A stretch of DNA of 64,000 bases, from positions 32,001 to 96,000 of the IMG/VR virus record IMGVR_UViG_3300045988_144418; one strand, 5' to 3'. Under the pieces are notes generated by a model that saw only the letters and a program-made list of their open reading frames with translations, was not told the origin of the DNA and did no database searches. The translations under genes were made by a program, and so were the position numbers. Shown piece by piece: positions 63,220 to 64,000 of the stretch (positions within the stretch are counted from its first letter, which is position 1; each line of letters opens with the position of its first letter). The DNA comes from a virus.

Positions 63220-63250
63220 CTTGGATATTTCAAAAATATGACTACCTTTG
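63220..63250 (+). promoter_or_regulatory. early promoter cassette P11
   Basis: CTTGGATATTTCAAAAA ... TACCTTTG, then the leader GTTAATCATTAAATCA; preceded by GGATTAATCC. Confidence 0.65.
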
Positions 63251-63278
63251 TGGCAGTTAATCATTAAATCATCTACAT

Positions 63279-64000
63279 TATGGGATTCACACCGAGCAAG
63301 TATCAGCAGCGCATCTACGATTTCATCGAAAGGGGATCAGGCAATGCGGTCATCAACGCAGTCGCGGGAAGCGGCAAGACAACGACTCTAATCAGTCTTC
63401 TGGAGCGTGTTCCGTCCACAAGCAGGGTTCTCTTCCTTGCGTTCAACAAGTCCATCGTGGAGGAGCTTAAGATAAAGACCTCACGATTCAGTAACGTGGA
63501 TGTCAAAACTCTGCACTCACTCGGGTGCTCGGCTCTTCGCAAGCAGATATCCACCATCGGTGACATCAACAGCAGCAAGTATCGTCAGTACGTCACGGAG
63601 CAGCTGAAGTCCGGTGCATACGCACCTACAAGGGAGCTGTCACTGGAGGAGAAGTCCGAGTATAAGTCCAACATTATCAACCTCATTGACCTTGCACGTG
63701 TCAATCTGTGTCAGTCCACACAGGACATCATCAGTGTGGCTCACAAGCACGGCATCTTCCTGTACGATAACGAGGTTCAGCTCGTCACGAATGCAATCGT
63801 CTGGGGTCGCAGCGAAAGCGGTCTATCCACCATTGACTTCACGGACATGATTTACCTCCCGTGTTATCTCAAGGACATCAGGTTCTTCAGATACGACCTT
63901 GTCCTTATAGATGAGTGCCAGGACTTGAATGCGGCACAGAGAACCCTGTTCCTGAAGACCATCAAGCGCAACGGACGCTTCGTGGCGGTGGGCGACCCAC
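63279..64000 (+). CDS. UvrD/PcrA-like helicase (paralogue 2), N-terminal part; 3' end outside window
   Basis: Hand translation MGFTPSKYQQRIYDFIERGSGNAVINAVAGSGKTTT...FLAFNKSIVEEL...LIDECQDLNAAQ...VGDP parallels the N-terminus of the 41926 gene; behind promoter cassette P11. Confidence 0.7.

Noticed and set aside
18008-63250. Dispersed 30-60 nt repeats, considered as a CRISPR array or MITE-like elements
   Set aside because: The copies are single and tens of kilobases apart. Each sits immediately upstream of a gene at a fixed distance and contains -33/-7 promoter elements. There is no repeat-spacer periodicity.
1-64000. tRNA, rRNA and tmRNA genes
   Set aside because: I found no cloverleaf-compatible sequence in the few intergenic gaps longer than 70 nt (53.9-54.8 kb, 60.2-60.7 kb, 62.25-62.49 kb) by eye. 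tRNAscan-SE or ARAGORN should be run to confirm.
1-64000. Site-specific recombinase (integrase or invertase) and reverse transcriptase / DGR components
   Set aside because: No YxRVST-type serine-recombinase N-terminus, tyrosine-recombinase R..H..R..Y pattern or YxDD reverse-transcriptase motif was recognised in any credible ORF. The invertible segment therefore has no cis-linked enzyme in this window.

Overview
The window is a single stretch of a large tailed dsDNA phage genome, and almost every gene is on the + strand. The host is probably in the Bacteroidota: there are repeated Bacteroides-type promoters (-33 TTG, -7 TAnnTTTG), BACON-like domains and no obvious Shine-Dalgarno sequences. All calls come from reading the sequence and recognising motifs by eye; no database search was run.

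Gene order:
- 1-10.4 kb: baseplate, tail fibre and lysis genes (gp25-like, Baseplate-J-like, an 845-aa multi-domain fibre, a DUF5675/YkuD-like enzyme).
- 10.9-17 kb: HNH endonuclease, DnaQ-like exonuclease, large terminase interrupted by a mini-intein, DnaB-like helicase, primase.
- 17.5-22.9 kb: nucleotide-metabolism cluster that looks like a thymidine-hypermodification pathway (dUTPase, P-loop kinase, aGPT-pyrophosphorylase-like protein, ThyA homologue, HD hydrolase, second kinase).
- 22.9-33.2 kb: DnaE polymerase, SbcD, RecA, SbcC, RuvC-like resolvase.
- 34.5-37.5 kb: two payload proteins that share an N-terminal leader, one a Cys/His papain-like protein and one RelA/SpoT-like. Each is followed by a coupled small ORF, and a stand-alone alarmone hydrolase follows the pair.
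- 37.5-47.7 kb: LigA, SNF2 helicase, RNase H, UvrD-like helicase, GroEL.
- 48.1-50.2 kb: a BACON-domain gene containing a 1.9-kb segment bracketed by perfect 55-bp inverted repeats, which carries a start-less alternative C-terminal cassette on the opposite strand.
- 50.2-53.9 kb: Dps, ECF-type sigma factor, DnaA-C-terminal-like HTH protein.
- 53.9-54.8 kb: about 0.9 kb of structured non-coding DNA.
- 54.8-64 kb: small early genes (J-domain protein, Dam methylase, second UvrD paralogue), several (about half, including the first and last) behind their own copy of a conserved promoter cassette.

No rRNA, tRNA, CRISPR array, integrase or invertase was recognised.

The strongest candidates for new biology are the invertible C-terminus switch, the shared-leader effector cassettes with the RelA/SpoT-like plus hydrolase module, and the putative DNA hypermodification cluster.
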